This document shows, one piece after another, positions 26,290-35,335 of a DNA stretch of 64,000 bases. The notes below the pieces were generated by a model that did not search any database, had not been told where the DNA came from, and was given only the letters and a program-made list of their open reading frames with translations. This stretch comes from Chloroflexota bacterium (GTDB lineage: Bacteria > Chloroflexota > Limnocylindria > Limnocylindrales > CSP1-4): positions 913-64,912 of the forward strand of contig DAHXON010000009.1 of assembly GCA_027364875.1 (NCBI GenBank). Reading direction: 5' to 3'. A program made the translations under genes and the position numbers. Each line of letters begins with the position of its first letter. Within the stretch, counting starts at the first letter, position 1.

Positions 26290-26570
26290 CGACCTCAGGG
26301 GTCGATGAGCGGCAGGACGCCCGGGAATCGACCTCCCGCGTCGGAAGCCGACCGGCCCGGCGCTCCACGCCGACCTCGGGGGTCGATGAGCGGCAGGGAC
26401 GCCCGAAGTCGACCTGCCGGGTCGGAAACCGACCGGTTGGGCGCTCCACGCCGACCTCGGGGGTCGATGAGCGCCAGGAACGCCCAAAGTCGACCTGCCG
26501 CGTCGGAAATCGACCGGCCCGGCGCTCCAAGCCGACCTCGGGGGTCGATGAGCGGCAGGAACGCCCGAAC
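26290..26570. repeat. 81-bp tandem repeat, 3 full units plus a partial fourth, rich in CGACC/GGTCG inverted repeats
   Basis: CGACCTC(G/A)GGGGTCGATGAGC.. starts at 26290, 26371, 26452 and 26533 (period exactly 81); units differ by a few substitutions; lies between divergent genes. Confidence 0.9.
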
Positions 26571-26650
26571 CGCGAGAACGGCCTCCTGCGTAGCGGAATC
26601 CAGGGTTGTTCCCGACGCGGTCCTCGACCGGCCTGCTACGATGCCCAACC

Positions 26651-27457
26651 ATGCAGCGGCTCGGCTCCTTGCTTCGGCGCGTCGATCGTGCCGCTATTCG
26701 CCCGATCGCCGGGCTCCTGGCCGACCTGGGCGGCCTCTTGCCGGCGATGCTGGTCGCCGCCGGCATCTTCGTGATCGTCGCCGGCCTGTTCACGTACCTC
26801 CAGCCGGCTTCGGCCACCACGCCGCCGTCCCCGTCCCCATCGAGCGTCGTCTCCGTGGCGCCGTACACGATCCCGCCGATGGTGTCGGCAGGCCCGTCGA
26901 GCAGCGCCGCCGTCGAAGGCTCGGTGGCCACGCGAGTCCAGATCCCGGCGCTCGCAATCGATCTGCCGATCATCGCCTCGCCGTCCAACGAAGAATTCCC
27001 GCTCTGCAATACCGCCGAATACATGGTCCTCGGCACGCCCCTTGGCTACCCCGGCCTGCCGCAGGCGACCTACCTGTACGCCCATGCCCGAACGAACATG
27101 TTCCTGCCGCTCCTGACCCGATCGGAGACGAACAACGGCGCCTCGATGATCGGAATGTGGGTCGAGGTCTACACGGACAACGACGAGCGCCACGTCTACG
27201 AGATCACCGAGGTCATCCGCCACGTACCGGACGATTCCTCGTCGCTCAACCGGGCCGCTTCGGCGAAGACGGATCAGCTCTGGCTGCAGACGTCGGAAGG
27301 CCCGTACGCGAACTCGACGAAGCTCCAGGTGGTCGCGGAGCCGGTCGGCGTCCTGCCCGCCGCCCGGGCCGACGCCCACCCCACGAGCCACGGCAACGTC
27401 TGCCCGGATGCCCCCGTCTGCAAGAAGGCCGGCGACAGCGGCTGCCGCCCGAGGTAG
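26651..27457 (+). CDS. sortase-fold-like secreted/anchored protein lacking the catalytic Cys
   Basis: 268 aa from the ATG at 26651; N-terminal TM helix; RVQIPALAIDLPII, YLYAHAR, VEVYTDNDERHVYEITEV and DQLWLQTSEGPY resemble sortase blocks, but TLxTC is replaced by LQTSE. Confidence 0.5.
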   Translation: MQRLGSLLRRVDRAAIRPIAGLLADLGGLLPAMLVAAGIFVIVAGLFTYLQPASATTPPSPSPSSVVSVAPYTIPPMVSAGPSSSAAVEGSVATRVQIPALAIDLPIIASPSNEEFPLCNTAEYMVLGTPLGYPGLPQATYLYAHARTNMFLPLLTRSETNNGASMIGMWVEVYTDNDERHVYEITEVIRHVPDDSSSLNRAASAKTDQLWLQTSEGPYANSTKLQVVAEPVGVLPAARADAHPTSHGNVCPDAPVCKKAGDSGCRPR

Positions 27458-27512
27458 CCGCCCCAAAATAGCCGCCCGAAGCAGCCGCCCGAAGCAGCGT
27501 TCGCCGCGCCGT

Positions 27513-28616
27513 CTAGATCCAGTCGATGCGGTGGAGTATCGAGACCGCGATCGCCGACAGGGCCAGGGAGCCCAGGATGACGATCCAGAAGCCCGGACCT
27601 TCGTCCAGGCGGAAGGCGTATTGAGCTTCGCTCATGCCGAACAAGCCGCCGATCGCGCCGATGCCTGCCACGACGACCGTCACCCCGGTGAGCCGCTTCA
27701 TGATCAGCGACAGGTTGTTGTTGACCGTCGAGAGGTACGTCTCGAGCGTCGCCGAGGCAAGCTCCCGGTAGGTGTCGAGCTCGTCGGTCAGGCGGATGAG
27801 GTGGTCGTAGGCGTCGCGGAAGTAGAGGCGCTCGGGCTCGGAGATGAGCGTCCCCTCGCGGCTGGAGAGAATGTTGAACATCTCGCGTTCCGGCGAGGTC
27901 ACGCGGCGGACCGCGATGGCCTCGCGCTTGAGCTCGAAGATGCGCTCGAGCAGGCTCCGGTCGGCGCTGGCCACCACCCGGTCTTCCAGATCGTCGATCT
28001 CGTCGCCGAGGCGGTCCAGGATCGGGAAGTAGCCGTCGATGACGTCGTCGGCAAGGGCCCACAGGAGATGGTCCAGGCCGCGGCTCATGACGTCCTCTAC
28101 GCTCACCCGCAGGTGCCGGGTCGTCGCCGGGTCCCACCAGGCGCTGTGGTTGGTCAGGAGGAATCGGCGGCCCAGGACGAAATCGAGCTCGCGCTCGTAG
28201 ACCTGGCCGCCGTCGAAACCCAGGGAGAAGAGGACCAGGTGCAGCAGATCGCCCACCTGCTCGAGCTTGGCTCGCTCGTCGCGCTCGGAGATGTCCTCCA
28301 CGAGTAGTGGATGGAGGCCGAGCAGGTCGCCGAGCCGGGAGTTGAGCTGCGGCGAAGCGGCGGTGACGTCGATCCAGAGCTTCGCGTCGGCCCTTCCGAG
28401 CGCGGCGGGCAGTTCTGCGAGAGCGGCTTCGTCCTCGATCAGACGGACCTTGCCCGCTTCGTACACGAAGAGCCGAAGAGCGTGCGCGGCGACCACCTCG
28501 GCCGCGCTCGCCGACGCGACGTCGGCGACCCGCCCGGCACTCGGACGATCCTCCGCGGCGTGGCCGGGGACGGCGTCGAGCGGGTCCGTTCGAAGCTCAG
28601 AAGGCGATTTCGCCAC
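27513..28616 (-). CDS. corA: CorA-family divalent cation transporter (GMN motif reads GMS)
   Basis: 367 aa, GTG start overlapping the MFS gene end by 20 nt; cytoplasmic funnel domain plus two C-terminal TM helices; ..GGLFGMSEAQYAF.. Confidence 0.75.
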   Translation of the reverse strand: MAKSPSELRTDPLDAVPGHAAEDRPSAGRVADVASASAAEVVAAHALRLFVYEAGKVRLIEDEAALAELPAALGRADAKLWIDVTAASPQLNSRLGDLLGLHPLLVEDISERDERAKLEQVGDLLHLVLFSLGFDGGQVYERELDFVLGRRFLLTNHSAWWDPATTRHLRVSVEDVMSRGLDHLLWALADDVIDGYFPILDRLGDEIDDLEDRVVASADRSLLERIFELKREAIAVRRVTSPEREMFNILSSREGTLISEPERLYFRDAYDHLIRLTDELDTYRELASATLETYLSTVNNNLSLIMKRLTGVTVVVAGIGAIGGLFGMSEAQYAFRLDEGPGFWIVILGSLALSAIAVSILHRIDWI

Positions 28617-30222
28617 CGGGCATCTCCTCGGCCGCAGCCCTTTCCGCAGTCTCTTCCCTGGAATCGTGCCGTATCCGGAGCAGTACCGCCGGGACGGCCG
28701 CGACCAGAGTGACGGCCGCCGCCACGAGGAATATGCCGACCATGATCGACGCCGCCTTGCTCGCGGCCCATTGCTCGAGCGCCTGGACGACCAGCCCGTC
28801 GGTCAGCGGCCGGGACCGCAGGTACTCGGGAATGTACTGCTTGTACGTGTCGCCGGCTCCGTAGATCTCGTTGGAAACGCGAGTGATCGTCGTCGAGCCG
28901 TAGGCGGTCAGGGCGGCCATACCAACGGCCATGCCGATCATTCGGGCAACCGTGACGGTCGCCGAGGCCGCCCCGAAGGCCGCTCGGCCCGCCGCCTCGA
29001 CGGCGGCCGTGGAGCGAGGCGTCACCGTCAACCCGAAGCCGAGGCCGAAAACGGCGGCCGACAGGGCGAACATGTCGGTCGGCGCCGTCGGCGTCCATGT
29101 GGACATCCAGGCCAGGCCGCCGGCGCTCAGCACCAGACCGACCAGGGTCAGGCCGCGCAGCGAGAACCGCCGCGTCAGAAAGCCCGACACCAGCGCCCCG
29201 ACGGCCATCGCACCTGCCAGCGCCCCCAGCACCACTCGCTGCTCGTCCGGGCCGCCGTACAGCACCCGATCCACGAACACGGCGCCGCCCACGATCGCCG
29301 TCGCCATCCCGTAGCCGGTCAGTAGCGAGATGAGCGCCGCGGAGCTGAAGACGCGGTCCTGGAAGAGCCTTGGATCGAGGAACGGGTTCGTCCTGTGGAA
29401 GCCGACCCAGATGGCGAAGAGCAGAGCCAGGACCCCGGCGCCGATCATCGCCGCGACCGCGACGCTCGTCGGCAGCCCGAAGACCTCGTCGCTGTCGCCG
29501 ATCAGGGTCGTGCCGGCCAGGATGGCGAGCAGCGCGAAGCTGAACAGTAGAGCTCCGACGTAGTCCACTCGAGCGCGGAGGCGGGGCGTGTCCCAGTCGG
29601 CGCTCGCGGCCCAGGCGATGACCAGGCCGCATATCCCGATTGGCACGTTGACGAGGAAGACCCAGCGCCACGCCGGCGCGATGATGTCCACCAGCGGCCC
29701 ACCGGAGATGCCCATGTTGGCGAGGGCCGTCTCGGGATGGACCGTCTCGAGGACCGCCGCGCCGACGAAGGGTCCGGCGGCCATGCCCAGGAACGTGAGC
29801 GCTCCGATGATCCCGAGGGCCCGCGGCCGAGCCGGACCGTCGAAGAGATGCGAGGCCGCGGCGGTGGCCACGGGGATGATGGCGCCGCCGCCCACGGCCT
29901 GGACCAGGCGCGCGGCGATGAGCTGGTCGAGGTCCTGGGCGAGGCCCGCGAGCAGCGACCCGATCGTGAAGACGGCGAGAGCGGCGAGGAACAGCCGGCG
30001 CGCGCCCCATAGGTCCGTGAGCCGGCCCGCCAGCGGCATCGTCACCACGTACACGAGCAGATAGCCGTTGATGATCCACGAGGCCTTGCGGAGGTCGGTC
30101 CAGTTCGCGATCGTGGCCAGGATCTGCGGCAGCGCGACGGCGGTGACCATCAGCTCCAGGCCGGCGAGGAAGACGCCCACGCCGAGGACGGCCAGGAGTG
30201 TGTAGGACTCGTTCTTGCGCAT
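28597..30222 (-). CDS. MFS transporter, DHA2 (EmrB/QacA-like, 14-TMS) family
   Basis: 541 aa, ATG start; LELMVTAVALPQI, NGYLLVYVVTMPLAGRLTDLWGARR; roughly 14 hydrophobic segments. Confidence 0.88.
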   Translation of the reverse strand: MRKNESYTLLAVLGVGVFLAGLELMVTAVALPQILATIANWTDLRKASWIINGYLLVYVVTMPLAGRLTDLWGARRLFLAALAVFTIGSLLAGLAQDLDQLIAARLVQAVGGGAIIPVATAAASHLFDGPARPRALGIIGALTFLGMAAGPFVGAAVLETVHPETALANMGISGGPLVDIIAPAWRWVFLVNVPIGICGLVIAWAASADWDTPRLRARVDYVGALLFSFALLAILAGTTLIGDSDEVFGLPTSVAVAAMIGAGVLALLFAIWVGFHRTNPFLDPRLFQDRVFSSAALISLLTGYGMATAIVGGAVFVDRVLYGGPDEQRVVLGALAGAMAVGALVSGFLTRRFSLRGLTLVGLVLSAGGLAWMSTWTPTAPTDMFALSAAVFGLGFGLTVTPRSTAAVEAAGRAAFGAASATVTVARMIGMAVGMAALTAYGSTTITRVSNEIYGAGDTYKQYIPEYLRSRPLTDGLVVQALEQWAASKAASIMVGIFLVAAAVTLVAAVPAVLLRIRHDSREETAERAAAEEMPGGEIAF

Positions 30223-30319
30223 ACGGGGAGTGTACGGGTCGCGTAGCGCGAAGGGGTTCGGGTCGGCGACCGGACCACGTTCGACCGCTGCGCCGCCCCG
30301 GCCTTACTATTCCCGGGCC

Positions 30320-30826
30320 ATGAGCCGCCTCCGACCAAGCCGGTCCGCTCGACCCGCCCCTTCCGCCCGCCTCGGAATCCTCGTCGCGATTGCTCTACTG
30401 GCAGCCGGCTGCGGCTCGGCCGCCGCGCCCACACCGGGCTTCGATTGCGGCCACTGGTGCGGCAATGCCTCGGCGACGATCACGTACGCCGGCCAGACCT
30501 CGACGATATCCGGAGGGGGCTGCTACGACGGCGGCTCCGCGGGCGTCGACGTCCGCATCGGGGACTGGCAGGGGGAAGGCACGGGCAACTTCCTCATGCT
30601 CGAGGGCTATCGACCGGGCGGCCCCACGCCGAACCCCACCGTCGGGGCCACGGATGACGCGGGCAACCCGATTCCTTCGGCGACCGTGACGGGCAACGTC
30701 GCCGGTACACCTTTCACGCTCGACACGAACGGAGCGGTCGTCTTCACCAGCGCCACCGCCGGTACCTTCTCCGGCAACGACGTCAACGGCAACGGCGCCG
30801 TGAGCGGCACCTTCAACTGCGGCTGA
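30320..30826 (+). CDS. lipoprotein, function unknown
   Basis: 168 aa from the ATG at 30320; signal peptide with lipobox LLAAGC; Gly/Thr-rich beta-type mature region. Confidence 0.6.
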   Translation: MSRLRPSRSARPAPSARLGILVAIALLAAGCGSAAAPTPGFDCGHWCGNASATITYAGQTSTISGGGCYDGGSAGVDVRIGDWQGEGTGNFLMLEGYRPGGPTPNPTVGATDDAGNPIPSATVTGNVAGTPFTLDTNGAVVFTSATAGTFSGNDVNGNGAVSGTFNCG

Positions 30827-31047
30827 AACACCGCGGCCGCATCTAACGCGGCGGCCGGCTGAGGGCGTCGCGCCGAGCCACCAGAGGATCGATGCCTGCG
30901 GGAATACGGGTCGGGCCTTGACTTAGCACCCCGGAAGCCGACGATTCCAGCAACCGGGGGATACAGGAGTCTGCTACGGGAACGGAACACGGAACGAGCG
31001 CGGGTCTCGAGAGCGGCGCCAAATCACTCCCCGCGCTTCGGCGAATC

Positions 31048-32718
31048 GTGGCGTTCACGCCCGAAGCCGGCGGGTTCTACGTTGGCGACGTGTTTCGCGG
31101 CGCCGACGAGGCATGCCGCGCCAGGAACGCCCAGCTGATCGTGATCCAGGACGCGATCGGGTGGCAGGCCGCGGTCTTCCATCCCGACCCGATCGACGAT
31201 TACCTCCGGATCGCCGAGGACGTGCGCGACGGCGTCATGGCGGTGACGTCGGTGCTGCCCGCGAACAACCTTCCCCGCCTGGCCCGGCTCAAGGCCCCAG
31301 CGGTGGCAATCGGCGGTCCCGCGTTCGACGAGCGGGGCGCCTCGGTCGTCATCGACAACGTCGGCGGGGCGGCGATGGCGGTCGAGCATCTGATCGGCCA
31401 CGGCCACACCCGCATCGGCTTCGTCGGCGCGATGGACCAGTTCGACGTCCGTCAGCGCTACGAGAGCTACCTGGCCACTCTGGAGAGGGCCGGGATCACC
31501 CCGGACCCTGCGCTCTGCTTTGCGGCCCAGGACGATCTCTCCGAGGGTGGACGGCAGGCGGCCGAGGCAATCCTGGAAGCCGGAGTACCCCTGACGGCCA
31601 TCTTCGCCTCCACGGACACGCAGGGAGTGGCCCTGATGGATCGGCTCCGAGAGGGCGGAGTCCACCTTCCCGAGGACGTGGCCGTCGTCGGCTTCGACGA
31701 CTCGGAGCTGGCCCAGGCCGCGGTGCCGGCGCTGACGTCGATACGCCAGCTCCCGGAGTCGCTCGGGTCGCGCGCGGCGACGCTCATCCTCGACGCCATC
31801 GACGGCCGCCCGCTCGAGCCCGGCGCGCATGTCATTCCGACCCAGCTGGTCTTACGCCACTCGTGCGGCTGCTACGACAACTACCAGCACCTGCTCGAAG
31901 CGGCCGCGGACTGGAACGGGCCGGACTGGCGCGAGCAACTCGCCAACGTGCTCGCCCAGGCGCTGATGGCGGCGACGATGCCGGCTGCCGATCCGATCGA
32001 CCGGACGCATTTCTGGCCGTCGGTCAACGTGGTCGTCGAAGCCCTCGACGACGCCATACGCGGTCGCCGGGTCACCCGGATCAGCGCCCTCGACGAGGCC
32101 TGGTGGGAGGCGAGCATGCGGACTCGAAACGCCGAGACGCTGCTCCGCCTGGTGGACCTGCTCGAGTTCGTGGCGCTCTGCCGCCAGCCCGATGCGGGTG
32201 CGGATCCCCAGGCCCTCCGTTCGAAGCTGCGTGACTTCCTGGCTCAATCTCGGCTCCAGATCCTCCGCTCCGCCGCAATCCCGGATCCGCTGCGCCTTCC
32301 CACCGGTCCGCGGAGCACGCGATCGATCCTCCGCTCGTTCCTGGAGGATCGCGGCGGCAAACGGCAGAGCCTCGACTGGTTGGAGCACGTCGACGCGATC
32401 GCGGGCTGCCTGGCGTTGTGGGAGCCGGGGGCCGACGGTCGAGCTGCCCTTCGCATCGAAGCGCTCTACGGCGCCACCGGAGGCACGCAGGGAGGCGGGA
32501 CGATCGCCCCGGAGGCGTTCCCGCCGGGCCACTGGCGCGACGCCTGCCGGAGCGAGGGCGAGCCCTGCGCCGTGATGAGCGTCCCGGTGATCTCCGCGCG
32601 GCGGAACGTCGGCGTGCTGGCCACCGCCATGCCCGCCGAACGCCGCTACTACGACGGCTACTGGAACCTCCAGCACGCCGCCGCCGTGCTGGCCCTCGAG
32701 CTGGATACCCGGGACTGA
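31048..32718 (+). CDS. LacI-type periplasmic-binding-fold sensor domain protein without HTH, with a ~270-aa C-terminal (GAF-like?) domain
   Basis: 556 aa, GTG start; in-frame TGA at 30919-30921 leaves no room for an HTH; VVIDNVGGAAMAVEHLIGHGHTRIGFVG, AIFASTDTQGVALMDRL, VAVVGFDDSELA, PALTSIRQ. Confidence 0.65.
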   Translation: MAFTPEAGGFYVGDVFRGADEACRARNAQLIVIQDAIGWQAAVFHPDPIDDYLRIAEDVRDGVMAVTSVLPANNLPRLARLKAPAVAIGGPAFDERGASVVIDNVGGAAMAVEHLIGHGHTRIGFVGAMDQFDVRQRYESYLATLERAGITPDPALCFAAQDDLSEGGRQAAEAILEAGVPLTAIFASTDTQGVALMDRLREGGVHLPEDVAVVGFDDSELAQAAVPALTSIRQLPESLGSRAATLILDAIDGRPLEPGAHVIPTQLVLRHSCGCYDNYQHLLEAAADWNGPDWREQLANVLAQALMAATMPAADPIDRTHFWPSVNVVVEALDDAIRGRRVTRISALDEAWWEASMRTRNAETLLRLVDLLEFVALCRQPDAGADPQALRSKLRDFLAQSRLQILRSAAIPDPLRLPTGPRSTRSILRSFLEDRGGKRQSLDWLEHVDAIAGCLALWEPGADGRAALRIEALYGATGGTQGGGTIAPEAFPPGHWRDACRSEGEPCAVMSVPVISARRNVGVLATAMPAERRYYDGYWNLQHAAAVLALELDTRD

Positions 32719-32796
32719 GGGACCTGGGAATGAACGCCCGGATGTGCGCCGATACGACCTAGTTGTCGCAAGGAGAGACGCCGACGCGACCGGAAT

Positions 32797-33513
32797 CTAC
32801 GACACCGAAGCCATCTGAAGGATCTTCCCCGTCCCGGCATCGATCCACGCGGCACCTCCCCAGTCCGGGCCGCCGCCTATGCCGGTGTGACGAAGGAACC
32901 ACACGACGTGATATTCCTCCGTTCCGGCTCGGTCCCATTGAAGTTGAGCGTCGTCGACTTTCATCCGGGGCACTGCCCGCTCTGCCTGCGCTTTGGTGAT
33001 CAACTTCGAGGGCCTGGCCGCGCGAGGTCCCGTCTCGCGGTAGAAGCGATCAACCGTGCCATCCGGGCGGATGTCGAGTTCGACCGAACCGCTGACCACC
33101 GGGATGCCATCCCACTCCTGGACGAAATGGGCCCGCCACGTCCAGTCGGTCGGATCCTGGTAGATGTCGAACATCTCGGTCAGGCCCACGAGCCCACCGA
33201 TTTCCCTGGCCCGTGCCGTCGCCGTCGTCTCATCAAGCGGTGTCGCGACTGGCAAGACCTTGATGATGTAGGTGGTCGTCGTTCCGTCATCCAGCACGTC
33301 GGTAAGCGTCGGACTTGTCGGGAGGGTAGGAGACGCGCTCGGCGTGAGCATCGGGGTCGTGATCACTGTCGGTTCGGGCGTCGCGGCGATAGACGGGCTC
33401 ACGAGCGGCGACTTTGTATTCGGCTGGGTGGGCGTAACCGCTGGCGAACCGCCGCAAGCGGTGACGATCAGCCCCGTCGCGACGATGAGTGCCATGGCAA
33501 CCTTCCAGCCCAT
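32797..33513 (-). CDS. lipoprotein with PepSY-like C-terminal region
   Basis: 238 aa, ATG start; lipobox LIVTAC, Pro/Thr/Ser linker, globular C-domain. Confidence 0.6.
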   Translation of the reverse strand: MGWKVAMALIVATGLIVTACGGSPAVTPTQPNTKSPLVSPSIAATPEPTVITTPMLTPSASPTLPTSPTLTDVLDDGTTTTYIIKVLPVATPLDETTATARAREIGGLVGLTEMFDIYQDPTDWTWRAHFVQEWDGIPVVSGSVELDIRPDGTVDRFYRETGPRAARPSKLITKAQAERAVPRMKVDDAQLQWDRAGTEEYHVVWFLRHTGIGGGPDWGGAAWIDAGTGKILQMASVS

Positions 33514-33835
33514 GCTGCCGCCCCTCCCTACTGCTTCCAGCCCATGCCGACGCGGGATCTACCGCATCCGTGACGGCTGCGCCTACCCGGCTGCCATTCC
33601 CTCAGGAGGCGTCCATTCACGGGACTGAGTTGCGGGATCCGGGTTCGAAGTCGCGCTCCGTCACCGTCGACCGACCGCGGACGTCGTCCACGTGCCCACA
33701 GCCACTTCCCGGCCCGTCCGGACCCGAAACGAGTGGGTACGCGCTCCGGGATTCGCATTACGTCTCGACCTGCCCGACCGCCGGTCCGAGCCGGGACGGA
33801 AAGGCGGCTGTCCGTGTCCGCCTTAGGCGAGCACG

Positions 33836-34090
33836 ATGCACGGCATGCAGGAGACCATCGTGACCAACGCGCTGCCGGCCCTCCCGGTCGAGATCGATCC
33901 CGAAGAAGAGCGCCGAGTCCGGGCCTACATCTGGGCCATCGTCGCGCGCCTAGATCGTCCCAAAGACGAGCTCGAAGCCGAGGCAGTCCGGCTCTGGACC
34001 GAGTTCGGCGAGACCTACGCCGCCCTCATCTCCGGCCCGTACGCCCGGACCGCCACCGAGGCCCTCCGCATCTCCCTCGGCCGGCTGTAA
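33836..34090 (+). CDS. small hypothetical protein
   Basis: 84 aa, balanced helical-looking composition; no family recognised. Confidence 0.35.
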   Translation: MHGMQETIVTNALPALPVEIDPEEERRVRAYIWAIVARLDRPKDELEAEAVRLWTEFGETYAALISGPYARTATEALRISLGRL

Positions 34091-34160
34091 CCGCGGTCTT
34101 AGCGGGAGGGGGCATCCGTGGCGGTTCTCCTGTTCTTCCTGCTGCCGCGCTCACGTCAGC

Positions 34161-34189
34161 TTGACAATCGGCGCTGTGCTGCCTAGCAT
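34161..34189 (+). promoter_or_regulatory. sigma-70-like promoter of the ArsR-PI/PIM operon
   Basis: TTGACA (34161-34166), 17-nt spacer, TAGCAT (34184-34189); 27 nt upstream of the TTG start at 34216. Confidence 0.45.
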
Positions 34190-34196
34190 CAACCCG

Positions 34197-34210
34197 CCTT
34201 TATATAAAGG
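34197..34210. promoter_or_regulatory. perfect 14-bp AT-rich palindrome, candidate operator
   Basis: CCTTTATATAAAGG is its own reverse complement; sits between the -10 element and the ArsR start, in strongly GC-rich surroundings. Confidence 0.4.
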
Positions 34211-34215
34211 GTCGT

Positions 34216-34680
34216 TTGTGGACCGGCCGGGAAGCTCGGCGCTTCGGCCGCCACGAACGAGGGCTGAGCAGCGGAGTCCAGACCATCTTGCCTTCCCCGG
34301 CGCACATCCGCACCACCGTCGCCTCGATCGTCGATCAGCCCGACGACCTGCGGGAGCTGCGCAATTTCCACAAAGCCCTCGCGGACGTCAACCGTCTGCG
34401 GATGGTCCAGCGACTGGCCGGAGGCCCTGCCACCGTTGGCGAGCTGATCGATTTCGTGGGCCTCAGCCAGCCTCTGGTTAGCTGGCACATCTCCCGCCTG
34501 AAGGCCGCCGGCGTGGTCGAGACCAGGCGGTCGGGTCGAGAAGTGCTCTGCCAGCTCCGTACCGACGTCTTCGGCGACATCGCCAGGCGGGAGCGGCGCC
34601 TCCTCGGCGTCGGATCGCCCGGCATGGACGAGACGATCCCGGCGCCGACCCCCTCGAGCATCCGGGCGGAGGCGCACTGA
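34216..34680 (+). CDS. ArsR/SmtB-family transcriptional regulator
   Basis: 154 aa (TTG start, uncertain); wHTH LADVNRLRMVQRLAGGPATVGELIDFVGLSQPLVSWHISRLKAAGVV; no ELCVCDL-type metal site seen. Confidence 0.8.
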   Translation: MWTGREARRFGRHERGLSSGVQTILPSPAHIRTTVASIVDQPDDLRELRNFHKALADVNRLRMVQRLAGGPATVGELIDFVGLSQPLVSWHISRLKAAGVVETRRSGREVLCQLRTDVFGDIARRERRLLGVGSPGMDETIPAPTPSSIRAEAH

Positions 34681-34681
34681 C

Positions 34682-35335
34682 GTGAGCGACCAGTCGTTCG
34701 TCAGCCAGCAGACCCGGGCCCGTATCCGCGGGGCCGTGGTTCCCATCGCCCTGGCGGCCGGCAGGCTCGGCCTGACACCCAACGCACTCACCGTCATCGG
34801 CTTCCTGATCTCCGCGGGAGCGGCAGGCGCGGCGGCGGCCCAGAACTGGCTGCTCGCGGCGGCGCTCGTCATCTTCGGCGGCTCGTTCGATATGCTCGAC
34901 GGCGGGCTCGCCCGCGCTCAGAACCGGGTCACCCGGTTCGGGGCCTTCCTCGACTCCACCCTGGATCGATGGGGCGAAGGGGTCGTCTACATCGGGATAG
35001 TCGCCGGGGCTTCGGCCGCCGGCTTCGTCGCGGGAGCGGTTCTTGCCGCGGCCGCGGCGGTATCCAGTTTCCAGGTCAGCTACACCCGTGCCAAGGCCGA
35101 GAGCCTGAAGCTGCACGGCGAGGTGGGCATCGCCCCGCGCGCCGAGCGGCTCGTCCTCCTGACCGCCGGCCTCGTTCTTGCTGGCCTCGACGGCGGCGTG
35201 GTCGCGGGAGCTCGCGGGCAGATCTGGCTCGCGGGAACCCTCGGCCTGATCTTCGTCACCGCCAGCATCACAGCCGTCCAGCGCACCTGGCACGTCCGTT
35301 CGCAGCTTCGCAGTGAGGAGCAAAGAGACAAGTGA
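34682..35335 (+). CDS. pgsA1: CDP-alcohol phosphatidyltransferase, phosphatidylinositol-phosphate synthase type
   Basis: 217 aa, GTG 1 nt after the ArsR stop; complete D-x2-DG-x2-AR-x8-G-x3-D-x3-D motif ([27 protein letters not shown]); adjacent to ino1. Confidence 0.82.
   Translation: MSDQSFVSQQTRARIRGAVVPIALAAGRLGLTPNALTVIGFLISAGAAGAAAAQNWLLAAALVIFGGSFDMLDGGLARAQNRVTRFGAFLDSTLDRWGEGVVYIGIVAGASAAGFVAGAVLAAAAAVSSFQVSYTRAKAESLKLHGEVGIAPRAERLVLLTAGLVLAGLDGGVVAGARGQIWLAGTLGLIFVTASITAVQRTWHVRSQLRSEEQRDK

Noticed and set aside
26290-26570. Possible CRISPR array
   Set aside because: The whole 81-bp unit is conserved from copy to copy, so there are no variable spacers between short repeats, and no cas genes are nearby. 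It was classified as a plain tandem repeat.
25216-27471. 751-aa plus-strand ORF and 372-aa minus-strand ORF spanning the nuoN end, the repeat array and the sortase-like gene
   Set aside because: They cross well-supported gene boundaries and have junk composition. They stay open only because the GC-rich repeat lacks stop codons in any frame.
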